A stretch of 63,674 nucleotides of DNA, filler included, from Globobulimina sp. (GCA_003354225.1; 56 parts of 56 records of this genome joined end to end with filler, not necessarily neighbours in it), one strand, 5' to 3'. Counted from the first letter of the whole stretch, positions 1 to 12,256 are shown. Made by a program: numbers and translations. The notes: a model not told the origin generated them from the letters alone.

Positions 1-2
1 CA

Positions 3-1040
3 TCATTTTGGCAAAAATATCTTGAGCCAATACTGCCATATGATGAACATTATAAACCTGGAAAATGTTATGGCCTCTACAAAGACCATAAAACCACAAC
101 AACGATTTACAAACCATTCCGAGGTATTTGCAGTGCACACAATACTTCAATTGAATATATTTGTAGATGGCTAGCATATTATTTACGTGCGCCACAAATG
201 AATGCATCCGATACATTATTAATTGACATGCAACACTTCCAACATTGGATCATTATACATAATAACGATCCGGATATTGACTGGAAAAACAACCATAAAA
301 ACATTTTTATTGCCGGATGGGATGTTGTTTGTATGTATGGTGCGATTGACACAGAATATGGAAATACTTTGAATTCGGACATGATCGATATATATTATAC
401 AGATTTACGGAGATTAATATTAGAAACATTTAACAATAATGATTTTATACCAAACAAAAAAGAATTTAGATTGGCATTGGATATTGTAATGAAAAACAAC
501 ATCGTCAGATTTAACAACAAATTCTTTAAACAAACAAATGGTGGATCTATGGGTCCCGCACATACACCGCCTTGGGCAGATATTGCGATGATACCAATTA
601 TAAGAAAAGCAAAACAATTATTAAACAATATACTAATTAAAAATGGCATGAAAATCTATCGTGACGATTTGACTATGATTTGGACGGGAAATTTTGACTC
701 AGCACATCTGATAACAACGACATTGAATCAAATTAATAAAAATATACAATTTGAGATGGAAGAACCGAAAGATTTAATTATTGGGAAACAAATACATTAT
801 TTAAACAGCACAGTAACTTTAAACGAAGATGGCTTATCAAGCCAACATTACATAAAACCAATGAAATGTACAAATCCTTTGGACCCAGATAGCCATCACA
901 ACAAAAGCATATTCTATGCGATGCCAATCACGCTATTACGCGAAGTCAGAATCGTTTCTGACGATAAATATTTACAGAAAGCGATGAGCTGAATAGTACT
1001 GGAATTATTACCAGCGGGCTATACAAGAAATGCTGTATTA
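3..1040 (+). mobile_element. Penelope-like retroelement reverse transcriptase fragment, probably degenerate
   Basis: Open frame from position 3: CYGLYKDHK...PFRGICS (cf. YGLPKIHK..PLRPIVS), GWDVVCMY, FNNKFFKQTNGGSMG, YRDD, LNQINKNIQFEME, YIKP...DSHH. TGA at 990-992, but plausible homology continues (..LPAGY). Confidence 0.85.
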
Positions 1041-1140
1041 NNNNNNNNNNNNNNNNNNNNNNNNNNNNNNNNNNNNNNNNNNNNTTAATTAATTAANNNN
1101 NNNNNNNNNNNNNNNNNNNNNNNNNNNNNNNNNNNNNNNN
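1041..1140. other. Artificial contig linker (44 N + TTAATTAATTAA + 44 N), repeated 55 times about every 1.14 kb
   Basis: Identical spacer with stops in all six frames; flanking segments shrink monotonically from 1040 to 1038 bp. Confidence 0.99.
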
Positions 1141-2025
1141 ATTCTTTTTGCTTCTTGTAAGACATTGGAGTTGTTGATTGTTTGTTCAGGACATATTTTG
1201 ATTGCTACTGGTAACATATGATTCTTATATTTCAGTTGACCATACCATATTTCTCCGTATTCTCCTTCACCAAGTTTCCTCTCCAATGTCAATCGTTCAC
1301 CTGATAACATCCATGACGGCCGTTTGATTGCTCGACCTAATTTAGCTTCATTTTTGCTCACTGATAATCTGCCACGTTTACATGCATAAACCAATTCAAC
1401 TGCCGTACCATATCATCTAAAAAAATGAAACTGTACATGTCTATGTATCATTTGATATACAAGTACTGTATGGTCACTTCGTTTAATTAAACAGCAGTCA
1501 ATGTCACGACCATTTGCGTTTCGAGGCTCACTATTGTTTTACTACCCCGAATAAGGCAATTACTACTGTATTTTTGAGAAATTTTCCTTTAAAAACGGTA
1601 GTACGTACTTTCCTTGGTTAAAGGTAGTGGAACAATCACCAGTGAGTCTTGAAACGCAAATAGTCATTACTTAGGCTGCGGTTATGTACTAAATTATAGC
1701 GGTAATCTATAAATGTACAGTATACTAGAACCACGGAGTATGATAATGCTTACTTTTGGTCCGGTCCTTTCCATCCTTTGTTATTGTAATATTTGAGTTG
1801 TGAATGTTCTAATTTTCCTTGCCATCGTACAGTAACCAATGTCTTTATTTCACCTTGTCGATCAACAATTCGTACCAACCAATCACCTTCTTCTTTGAGC
1901 AATTCATTAGCTTCTCTGCTTGACAAAAATCCATGATAGAACGATGCATCTTCCAGTTTGTTTCCATTTCCTTCACTTGATGTACCTCCACTCTTTGTAC
2001 TGTCTTTAGATGAATCAGCCCACAT
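1141..2025 (-). CDS. SH2 + tyrosine kinase, Fer/Fes-like (nematode-type), partial, intron 1753-1417
   Basis: SH2 FYHGFLSSREANELLKEEGDWLVR; kinase N-lobe WMLSGERLTLERKLGEGEYGEIWYG...VAIK; GTAAGC donor and tttttttAG acceptor. The simplest splice gives an in-frame TGA right after the junction. Confidence 0.8.
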
Positions 2026-2508
2026 TACATAAACACGACCGGTTAGTATGATAGTAAAGAAATAATATACTCAGTAAAACAAACGTGACGGCAAGTGAGA
2101 AAACACGTGTGATTAACCATATTATGTCTTTATCATGAAACACTAATAATTTTCTTTCAGAAGTCGATCAAGAGGTCGTTNNNNNNNNNNNNNNNNNNNN
2201 NNNNNNNNNNNNNNNNNNNNNNNNTTAATTAATTAANNNNNNNNNNNNNNNNNNNNNNNNNNNNNNNNNNNNNNNNNNNNATATTTAATACATCCCGTCT
2301 ATGATAAGTAGTAATGTGAATTTTGTGTAATTAAATTTAGATCTCATTTTCAGTCATAGTTTATATAAAAAGAAGTGGTTTGGTTCATTGTTTGTCTTAA
2401 TTTCCTGATATTATTCCAGAATAGTTAACTTTTTTGGCTTAGTTTCGTTTCGTTTCATTTCATGTGTGCGGGGGAACATTCAGCCAGGGTCTAAGTCTGG
2501 CTCCATGC

Positions 2509-3320
2509 TCACCGATTGCTTGAACCTCCGGTGAAATTATAAAGTTGGTGGGGTTGTATACCCCAAGGAAAGTGGAAAGATTTGGATTTGGCATAGCGTA
2601 TCGAGTTGAATTTGGTGGTTATGTAATTGGAGTTATTTGGGTGGTTTCTTCCAATTTCCGCTAAGATAACAGCTATTTGGTTAAAGGGTGATTTTACTTT
2701 CCACAAAAGTATTTTGTGGTTCCTTACATAGTTTTGTGTGTTTTTGAAGAGGATGGAGATTGGATTCTTTTTCGTGTTTCTCGTATTATTATAAGGGGGA
2801 TGAAGTTGAAGAGAGAATCAGTGAATATTAGGATTCTTCGGTTATTGGTGTTGATTTTGTGGTGATTCAGTACGAATTTGGATTTGTGGATGGCAAATAA
2901 CTCGCCGTAGTGATTGGATTGCGCACCTATTGGCTGTGAGAAGCAATGTACGTTGTTTTGATTGATGATGCAGATTCCAATGCCTGTGGTGTTTGTTTGC
3001 GGATCGTGGGATGAATCTGTTGCTATTATCATGTCATTTGGATCTAGTTTATGTTGGTAGCGGTGCCATTCATTAAGATTCTCATTACATATATGGAACA
3101 TTATCATCTTGGAGGGGACTAAGTTATGCTTGGCTCGTATTCTCCTGATGGTGTTCTTATTGTTGTTAATCTGCAGTACGTGGTGTATCCATCTATGGCA
3201 TTGGGAGATTACATCCCTATACAATGTATGTTTTGTTATGTTGATATTTATCTGTTTGTGCTTGTACAGATTTACGTTGGTGCACATTTCTATTAGTCTT
3301 TGCATGTAAAGGTGGTGATG
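2509..3320 (-). mobile_element. Degenerate retroelement RNase H domain
   Basis: IIATDSS...GIGI...SNHYGELFAI...ILIFTDS match RNase HI acidic motifs; WKVKS follows in another frame (frameshift near 2720-2760). Confidence 0.7.
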
Positions 3321-3420
3321 NNNNNNNNNNNNNNNNNNNNNNNNNNNNNNNNNNNNNNNNNNNNTTAATTAATTAANNNNNNNNNNNNNNNNNNNNNNNN
3401 NNNNNNNNNNNNNNNNNNNN

Positions 3421-4460
3421 TATGAACCATTTGCTATCATGTGCACCAACGCCATCAACGACTTATACAAAGAAATTGAGAAATTGGAACAGTTTCACTT
3501 CTCCTTCAATACAAGAGATAGAATGCTGGACACGGACGAATTATTTGCATTGTTAAGTGCTATATAGCTCCCTACGCAAATTCGCATTATCCGCAATATG
3601 TACATGTATATAAATTGTATATCGATAGGCCACCGTCGCAATATCGAGGACAGGAGAATTTAATCAGAATTGTTGTGGATGGACACGAGCCGGAGCCGGA
3701 ACAGAAGAAGAAAAAGAAAAAGAAAAAAAAGGACAAAGACAAAGACATAAAAATTGAGGATGGCAATGGAAACAAGAAAAAAAAAGTTAAACGTGCGAAA
3801 AGCAGGAAAGCTGCAAACGATTTAAACATCGAAGTTGATCCAAATAAATCAATGCCGTTCGATCCAAACAAATCAATGCCACATTCAGATAATAACAATG
3901 ATAGCAATAACAACACACCGCGCACCAAAGAGAAAAAAAAGAAGACTAAAAAAAACAAAAAGAAGAAAAAACACAAAGAAAACAAGGAAAACGAACACGA
4001 CGAGGCTCCCTATACTTCGCCTCAAGTCTTTGAAAATCTCTATACTTCGCTTCAACGCACACAGTCATTAAACGAATGGCAGCAATCTCAGCCCATCACC
4101 ACTCAAAAAATACACAAAGTCAAATCCGAATCCAGTATAATAACCGGTACGTTTTTGTGCATATTGCCCACAAAACTTATGCGAATCTGCGTATATACGC
4201 AGTAGTGAACAAATCAGCGAGTCAGAGCCGACCGAGCCAGAACCAATCGGCGCGCCCGAAAAGTGGCTCCATCTCCGAGCGAATGCAAACCAAATTGCAG
4301 TCGATCCCCATCAAAATCAGCAAAGACGACCAACGCCACTCCAACCACCACAACAACAGCACCGACGACGTGGACAAAGTGTTTCGCGTTTCCTCCCCCT
4401 CCGATTATCTCGCCACGTTTCGATGGCACGACGCCGCCGAAAAGGATAACTCTGCGCAAA
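3421..4460 (+). CDS. Lysine-rich low-complexity hypothetical protein, multi-exon fragment
   Basis: Poly-K ORF 3615-4205; probable intron about 4147-4202; 24-bp duplication encoding DPNKSMP twice. Confidence 0.45.
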
Positions 4461-4561
4461 NNNNNNNNNNNNNNNNNNNNNNNNNNNNNNNNNNNNNNNN
4501 NNNNTTAATTAATTAANNNNNNNNNNNNNNNNNNNNNNNNNNNNNNNNNNNNNNNNNNNNT

Positions 4562-4930
4562 AAAGAGATTATTGGTGGCAGGAATTTATTGAAGAGTAGT
4601 TTGATAAATTTATTTCCAAATTTGACTCATATTATTATTCAATGTACAAATATTGTTGGAGGTTATTCATATCAATTTTCATTATGTGGTTTATTGGATA
4701 TTTTAAGTGAAACAAGAAAAACAAATAAAATCAAGTGTTCATTATATGGGAATAGGTAGGATAGAGAAGAAAAAGAAGAAGGTGGAGATAGACGAAGTTG
4801 GTTATTTTATGTATATTCATCAATTGCATCATCATTAAATATTAAATATCCAAAAATAAAAATATCAATGCAACAAACAAGTGATAGTTATGGAGATAGA
4901 CAAGATTTATTAGTTTTTGAATGTATGTGA
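4562..4930 (+). pseudogene. C-terminal fragment of a hypothetical protein with an in-frame TAG
   Basis: NLLKSSLINLFPNLTHIIIQC...YQFSLCGLLDIL...GNR*DREE...SWLFYVY...DLLVFECM*; coding-like on both sides of the stop. Confidence 0.4.
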
Positions 4931-5163
4931 TTGTTTGTTTTAATTTTTTGCTGTTTATAAATATTATTATTTGAAACTGAAATTATTTTTTCTTCAAATA
5001 TTTAATTATTTTGGAGAGTATAAAGGAAAATCATTAAATATTTATAGTTGTGGACGACCATCAGAACGGTTATCAAGTCCGATGTTTCCAATGCGGAATT
5101 CTAAATTCATACAATTGAAAAACACATGATATTAATTGAAACAAACAAACAATCAAAACAAAA

Positions 5164-5598
5164 TTATTGTGTTTTTGTGCATTCTTTATGTTTAAAATAG
5201 GGCATCATAAAGGGTTCGATGTGCGGATAATACAAAGTGTCGGATGAGCGTGAATCCAATTTCATTTTCGCAATCTCGTCCTTTGTGGCAGTGAGCCACT
5301 TATCCTGTTCCCACGACGCCTTTACGATGGCGGGCAAGAACCTGGCCACCAACATAAAGAAGCGATGAATGAGCTTACTGCACAAAGAGACGTCCTGTCT
5401 TTCGACGTCGATAAATAATATAATGCGGCGATGTGGCGTGTTATTCCTCACTTCGTGCACACAAATATCATCGAACAAGAAATCTGAGCCAGGTTTCCAG
5501 CCCAATATTTGTGGCGAACCAGGCGGGCAATCATTGGGATCCCACCAATCTGTGCTCGTTGTCCCGGGCCATACCGCTAAATATAAATTCTTTTCTGG
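5164..5598 (-). CDS. Aspartyl/asparaginyl beta-hydroxylase family 2OG-Fe(II) dioxygenase, C-terminal part
   Basis: WKPGSDFLFDDICVHEVRNNTPHRRIILFIDVER matches the W.EG..FDD...HE..N....R..L..D motif; frame is open to the contig edge. Confidence 0.85.
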   Translation of the reverse strand, partial: PEKNLYLAVWPGTTSTDWWDPNDCPPGSPQILGWKPGSDFLFDDICVHEVRNNTPHRRIILFIDVERQDVSLCSKLIHRFFMLVARFLPAIVKASWEQDKWLTATKDEIAKMKLDSRSSDTLYYPHIEPFMMPYFKHKECTKTQ

Positions 5599-5700
5599 CT
5601 NNNNNNNNNNNNNNNNNNNNNNNNNNNNNNNNNNNNNNNNNNNNTTAATTAATTAANNNNNNNNNNNNNNNNNNNNNNNNNNNNNNNNNNNNNNNNNNNN

Positions 5701-6575
5701 TGAAAATGCAAGTTTCAACTCAGTTTTATACTGGACTCGTGAAGTCACCATTGTTTTTCTACCACTGATATGACCACTACGTTTGGACCGCTGTCGAGCA
5801 GGCGATATCTAGAACATTTCAAAATAATCCCTACTTTAACAATAATGCATGAATACCTTTTTGTGGTTTTTGTAAGCCATCCAGAACATGAGCCCATAAG
5901 TTCCAATGTATATCGGAACAACGACTGCACCGCTTACCACATTGGACATGAACCACAGATCATAGTGAAATTTGTTTGGTTTGTCCATGAGCAATGCCAA
6001 TGAACTGCCATTTCGTGTTGTTACATAGGTGGTGCCATATAGTATGCTATTAAACCAATATGAGCCATTCAGAAGTATGGCTGCCGCGACACTCCCCAAG
6101 AAACACCAAAATGGCTTACGTCCACTCCACCACTAAAAAGGCTTTTGGACAGAATATTATTTATTTTTTAGTGTTCCTTGTCCAATGTCATTTGAACAAA
6201 AATACTTACATCATCATATTTGAATGGCCAGCCAAGAGCAGTAAGACGGTTTACTGCAAGTATGATATTAAGAATTCGAGATAATTGAGTCCCAAACCCA
6301 TATGACGCGAACGTTATGGTGGCAAATAATTTGGCCCCTCTATAGAATGATGGTAAGATATTCCACCGTGGAATGCCATATCCCCCACTCCAAATAAATG
6401 CTCGGGCTACATCGGAAAAACTCAGGAACATAAATAGCTTATAAAATGGTGGTGAAAGGTCAGTTTTGCGAAATTTTATAAAAGTAACGATCAGCAAAAT
6501 GTACACTAAAAATAGAAAGTAAGAAACAAAAAAGTAAAACCATTCATATACTCTTAGCACTACTGATTGAGACAT
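5701..6575 (-). CDS. Nematode-type serpentine chemoreceptor (srg/srv-like 7TM), 3 exons visible
   Basis: SPPFYKLF, LAVNRLTALGWPFKY, later ELKL. Introns 6209-6133 and 5856-5809 join in frame (KYDD|WWSGRKPF; NHKK|ISPAR). Confidence 0.8.
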
Positions 6576-6840
6576 TTTGAGTAGTTGATACCGAAACTCT
6601 CTACAAGGTTTGTTTCCAGATTGCCGGTAATGTATTGTAACCATAGAAACTATAAAGCATATTGTTCATATTTCCATAACTAAAGCTATTAGAGAAGCAT
6701 AATAGTTCTGCCTTCAACAGCGACCTATAATGCACTTTCGNNNNNNNNNNNNNNNNNNNNNNNNNNNNNNNNNNNNNNNNNNNNTTAATTAATTAANNNN
6801 NNNNNNNNNNNNNNNNNNNNNNNNNNNNNNNNNNNNNNNN

Positions 6841-7880
6841 TCCAATAATAACAGCTATCAATAATGAATATGGTAATACTCGCGGACCAAAACTATCAAA
6901 CAATTCCCCAATGACAAAGACAATGATGGCATCGCCGCCAGCAAAGCCAACAACAAACAAACATGACAACACACCGGAAACAGGTGCCATTTGCTCGCAC
7001 CATTTGAATAAATCTGGAAAAACACCACTTCCAAATATACCACATATCGTATACACTACAAATATTAATACAACAATTTTATCAAATACAAGGAAGAAAA
7101 TTAAAAATATAGTCATTATCACAAATCCTGTTGGAATGGTTTTTTTTGGAATCAATATTTTTTGTACTTTTTTATTGCTCAATGCAACGGCAACCACGAT
7201 TCTATAAAATAACTGTCCTCCATAATAAGCAGAAATCATATATCGCGCAGTCGAATCACTAATAAATAGATATTCGTCACAGTACACAGCTATAAAATTC
7301 ACCAAACCACTCTGTGTCGCTGAAAACGATGTCATTATAAATGATAATAAAAATATCATAATCCATTGAATGCAAATAAGCTTTCTATCGTTACTTATTA
7401 AAGCAAATCATTTTGATGTTGTGCAAACAATATAAAACGTATCAACTTTTATTCTGCAATGCATTCAGATGAAAATATTGAATGTATTCAGAATCTAAGC
7501 ATACAGATTTATTCTATAATGCACAGTAAACAATTATATGTGCAGTATATGATATTTTTATATTGTATACATTGTATTACCTTAAAATTAAAGCCATTTC
7601 ATGTGTAGATTTCCTTTGATTTAATTGTTTGATTGTTCTATAATTATCGTGTTTTGGTGTTGCTAACAGTAACAAAGCAATACAGGATAATAAAGAAATA
7701 AATGTAATGATAAACAATGAATATTTGTAGTGTTCAGTTAAAGTTATTGAGAGTTGAATAATTATCGGAAATACAGTTTTTGTGATGCAATAAAGTATTG
7801 TCACAATATACATCATTTTATCTTGTTTTTTTGGATATTTTCGAAAAATATAAAAAGGAAAACAAACAGTTATTATGCCC
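6841..7880 (-). CDS. MFS transporter (MFSD4-like), partial, with intron
   Basis: Multiple TM helices; ISAYYGGQLFYRI, GSGVFPDLFKW, GDAIIVFVIGELFD; upstream exon ends at a GT donor near 7578. Confidence 0.7.
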
Positions 7881-8430
7881 NNNNNNNNNNNNNNNNNNNN
7901 NNNNNNNNNNNNNNNNNNNNNNNNTTAATTAATTAANNNNNNNNNNNNNNNNNNNNNNNNNNNNNNNNNNNNNNNNNNNNGTATACAAAATAGTTAACAA
8001 ACACTCGTTATCACGATGCGTGATCACTGCAAGGTGTTTTTGATTTAGTTATAACACATATGTGTCAAATGAGCGTTGTTACCACCGATCAACACTACGA
8101 AGCAGCCACAGAGCAATTAAATTTCATTATGCAAAAGAAAAATTATGAAAATTTCATCAATTTGATGGAGCCCTTCATCATTGTGATGGCCATATGATAA
8201 TTTATAGCAAGATTGATTTTGGTTGTTCTCGGTTCAAATAGGACAAGTTTCAAATTTGTCTGTTTGAGTGGAATAAAATTGATACCTTTTACAATAAGCA
8301 ACTGAGACATACGTCACCGCTTTTCTTATTCCTTATTTCTATAGAAACGTTTAGCAATACAAACTATGATATGTACTACTTTCTTGTACCATTGATAGAT
8401 TCATGGGGTACGATACTTGCCCATCTAAAC

Positions 8431-8562
8431 TTTGCATATGTTGGTCGCAGAGGGAAAGCGGTAATCTGGATGTAGCCACCATTTTCCATTTTCAGTAAGT
8501 TTTAGTAAGTGGCTACATGATTGACTGGAGACCGCTTTCCCTCTGCGACCAACATATGCAAA
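8431..8562. mobile_element. MITE-like foldback with perfect 32-bp terminal inverted repeats
   Basis: TTTGCATATGTTGGTCGCAGAGGGAAAGCGGT (8431-8462) is the reverse complement of 8531-8562; inner 10-bp IR ATGTAGCCAC/GTGGCTACAT. Confidence 0.8.
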
Positions 8563-9568
8563 TAGCGGTACACACATATCCAGAGTTGCGAAATCCCGCA
8601 AACCCAGGATTTAACTGTATACATGGAATTGGATCTATACCTACAACGGTAAAAAAATAAACACCCATATGACGGTAAGACAAAAACAGATTATTTGTAG
8701 TCTCGGTGCAAAATAAATGTTGGGATTTAAACCCAAATCACCAGTTTAATAATAACCGGTGGCTCGTTTTGAGCTACATTATTAACAAAATTTGATACAA
8801 AAAACAAACACATACACGGCTCGGTGCAAATACCACCTACATATATTATCATTATTTGCTATAGAAACACGTACTGTTTTTACATATAACACATACCCAA
8901 ATGCGCATTGGTCATATTACTCATATTGCTCATATTGCTCATTCCGGGGGACACCGGGTTGGATAGCCCCAAACCGGAAATCATAGTGGATGGGTTGGAG
9001 TTATTCAGCGCATTGCCAAANNNNNNNNNNNNNNNNNNNNNNNNNNNNNNNNNNNNNNNNNNNNTTAATTAATTAANNNNNNNNNNNNNNNNNNNNNNNN
9101 NNNNNNNNNNNNNNNNNNNNTAATGAGCCTTCTCAATATTTCTTCCCCTGAATAATTATCTTGCATAGATCGAAAACAAAGCAAATGAGATATCAGTACA
9201 AAACTCAATGATCTGTATCAGCCCATCAATCAAAGAAACTGCCGTCATGTTTAATAGTGGGTTTTCATTTGTTGAGGAAAATCCGATTCCAGAAAAACAC
9301 AAGTTGGTTGAAATGCTATTTTTGGCACGCAGTTGGTTGAAACACAAGTCAAAAAATGAATTAAAATGATATTTTGTTCACGCTGCCACCGGCTTGTCCT
9401 TCTACCTCTCCCTAACTTCCTCTACAGATTACATTTTCCCATAATAGATATCAATACAGTAATAGTAATAATATTACATTTTTTGTAGAACATAACACAC
9501 TTTTGATTTGAAACACATCTGCTTTGGAACGGCACTAATCTTGTTTTTAATTGTTTCCCCTTTGTTCG

Positions 9569-9637
9569 CACTGCAGACACAACTATTGAGCTAATTTATT
9601 GTGGTGCGCGATCAACTCCAAAAGTTGAAATCCGATC
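9569..9637. repeat. Dispersed CACTG-terminated mini-element, partial copy 1
   Basis: CACTGCAGACACAACT...CTAATTTATTGTGG...ATCAACTCCAAAAGTTGAAATCCGATC, shared with 28708-28848. Confidence 0.75.
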
Positions 9638-9645
9638 TACATCTA

Positions 9646-10160
9646 ATGTCGTCACTCTTTCTTGTTTGGATTCTTATTCATCTCCAAACCCAATGCACAA
9701 TATGTCAACATAACCTGTGCTGATCCGCCATTAAACTCATATCCATATTGCAATGCCTCATTACCAATCACTGACCGTGTCGATGATTTATTATCGCGCT
9801 TAACATTATGGGAAAAAATCTATCTTCAAAACTCAGATCAAGGCGGCGTACCACGTTTAGGTATACCAACCTTAGGTCATTCTGAATGTAACCGAGGCAC
9901 AGGCATCTCCGCCAACAATTTACCAAATTGCGCACAGCCCGTAACCACTGCTGATTTCCCATTGACATTATTCCCGCAAGCTATTAATTTGTTATTGTAG
10001 CGATTATGCGGCAGTGCCACTGTCTTCCTTGTCGCCACTCACTGCGTTGCGCAACAACTATGGCACTGGTATTAATATACAAAATGCCGCTGGCTGCCAA
10101 GACCCATCCTGTGAGATACCAGGCGATTGGGTGCGAGTCGCCAACATTGTAAAACAAAGC
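9646..10160 (+). pseudogene. GH3 beta-xylosidase-like gene, frameshifted and internally deleted
   Basis: PYCNASLPITDRVDDLLSRLTLWEK...GVPRLGIP...FPQAINL, then a jump to C-domain-like DYAAVP...PLTAL...AGCQDPSC in another frame; the ATG at 9646 is out of frame with the mature region. Confidence 0.75.
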
Positions 10161-10563
10161 NNNNNNNNNNNNNNNNNNNNNNNNNNNNNNNNNNNNNNNN
10201 NNNNTTAATTAATTAANNNNNNNNNNNNNNNNNNNNNNNNNNNNNNNNNNNNNNNNNNNNTTCTCTTTTTTTTTTTTTTTTGAAATTTTTGATGATTTGA
10301 TTTAATTTGTTGCCCCGTATATAAAACGGGCAAAAAACAATATGTACTTGTTGTTTAATTAAACGTTTCTTTAGAATTTGTTTGCAGGGAAATAAGATTG
10401 GAATTTCAAATAAGAACAGCTAAACAATAAGAAAGATTGTTTGTTGTTGCAAATAGCGCTAGGATGGAAAAGACGAGAAAATTGAGAGATTACCAAAGAT
10501 GTTTTTGAAAATTAACTGCTTACTACAACCCAAAAACCACATAAATGCCAAGTTGTCAATAAG

Positions 10564-11299
10564 ATGCAGCAATCAGCCTTCGCTCCAATTCTTGGTGGTA
10601 ATCTATTAATGCGTCAACAATCGATTAATCCGCCTCAATCATTAGCGATGCCATTGATATCAAATTTCAACAATGTAGCTGCATTCAATAGCGCACAAAT
10701 ACCAACACAAATGGTCAGTTAATACATCCTCTATACTTTCTACGTACATTTGGCGATTTTATTTCAGAAACCTGTGTTTGTAAACAACAATCCACTTTGT
10801 ATACAACAAAAAACAACCGGGCAACAACAATTAATGTGCAGTTCTGAAATATCAGCAATACAAATACCTATCCAATCACAGCAGCAACAGCCGTTATTTG
10901 TAACTAATGCAAATGGTCAGATATTAGGAATAATTGTAATGCAAAATAATTACTGGAGTAATAATCAAACGGTATCATGCAATAATTTGAGCATGGATAT
11001 GCCTCTGCGAATTGATCGCAATATTTCTTTAAATAACAATACAATTAATTTTGCTGCTGCAATACCCCCACTTCCTAATTTTACATTACCTGCGTTCATA
11101 GCTAATACTAATCACAATATCAATGCGCCAGTAACAAATTTTCAGCGTCAGATTCCGATTCAGAATGAGCCAGATAAAGAAATAGAACCAGTAACAAAAA
11201 AGGTATACAAAGCGGATAAAAAATTCGTGTGCGAAGTTTGTGGTAAAAAATATAAATATTTATGTAATTACAAATCGCATTTTAAAATTCATACTGATG
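10564..11299 (+). CDS. C2H2 zinc-finger protein with Q/N-rich N-terminus, intron 10714-10767
   Basis: FVCEVCGKKYKYLCNYKSHFKIH; in-frame GT..CAG intron. Confidence 0.85.
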
Positions 11300-12034
11300 N
11301 NNNNNNNNNNNNNNNNNNNNNNNNNNNNNNNNNNNNNNNNNNNTTAATTAATTAANNNNNNNNNNNNNNNNNNNNNNNNNNNNNNNNNNNNNNNNNNNNT
11401 GTGCCACATACTTGGATGATTTTGCTAGTGTATTTTCTGCAGTTTCGACTACTGTAGTGTTTTAGTGTAGTGTAGTGTAGTGTACAATGTATGTATATAG
11501 GCATTTCAGAATAACAGAACAACTTTTATAGTTAAATACTACATACAACTACAAATATAGATTCCTATGAATGACATAACAACATCGATCATACATTTAA
11601 CAATAATTTTTCTATATTATTTCTCCAAATCGTCAATCGATCACCAGATAAACTTTAGACAAGAATAAAGTTAAATAACTGTTTGATATTGAATTTACAT
11701 AAAAGATCATAATATTACTAAATACATACAAAGACAAAATGAGTGATCAAAACAAAACAATCAATTTAAGTATGGATATAATGATAATCAAATAAACAGA
11801 ATCTATGGATAATAATAATAAATGACGAGAGATGATGACTGGAGATAACAATTGATTACATACAAAAAACAAAAACAATGGTCAAATATGACATAAACAA
11901 AAAAACCTAACAGAAACCGTGTAACTAACGGTACAGAAAAATGTAAGACCCGGGTCATAAGACTTGAATATGAATGCAATACATGCCTTTAGGCCAGTCA
12001 CAAACCCAGACCTAACATATGAATGAATACCTAA

Positions 12035-12256
12035 TTAAGCCTGATGTTCATGTTGATCCAAACCGAGGTCATGTTCATATTGAGCAATGAGGGCATTTTC
12101 AGCTGGGAATACAAAAATGCAATAATAAAGGAGAACACAGAATACCAGAAGGGAAACGATGAAATATGTAACACATGACCAAACAAAAATCATCACATTT
12201 GGATTGACACGTTCTTCCAACTCTTCTTCTTCGGTGGTACTTGTTGGAGACACTGA
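12035..12256 (-). CDS. Last exon of a single-pass membrane protein
   Basis: Acidic stalk plus one TM helix after a tttcAG acceptor. Confidence 0.4.
   Translation of the reverse strand, partial: SVSPTSTTEEEELEERVNPNVMIFVWSCVTYFIVSLLVFCVLLYYCIFVFPAENALIAQYEHDLGLDQHEHQA

Noticed and set aside
1085-1096. TTAATTAATTAA recurring about every 1.14 kb as a biological repeat
   Set aside because: Always centred in N runs; a synthetic six-frame-stop linker.
990-4760. Stop-codon reassignment suggested by in-frame TGA/TAG (990, about 1414, about 4757, about 45123)
   Set aside because: TAA and TGA terminate intact genes here, long conserved ORFs have no internal stops, and the affected loci are mixed-origin or degenerate.
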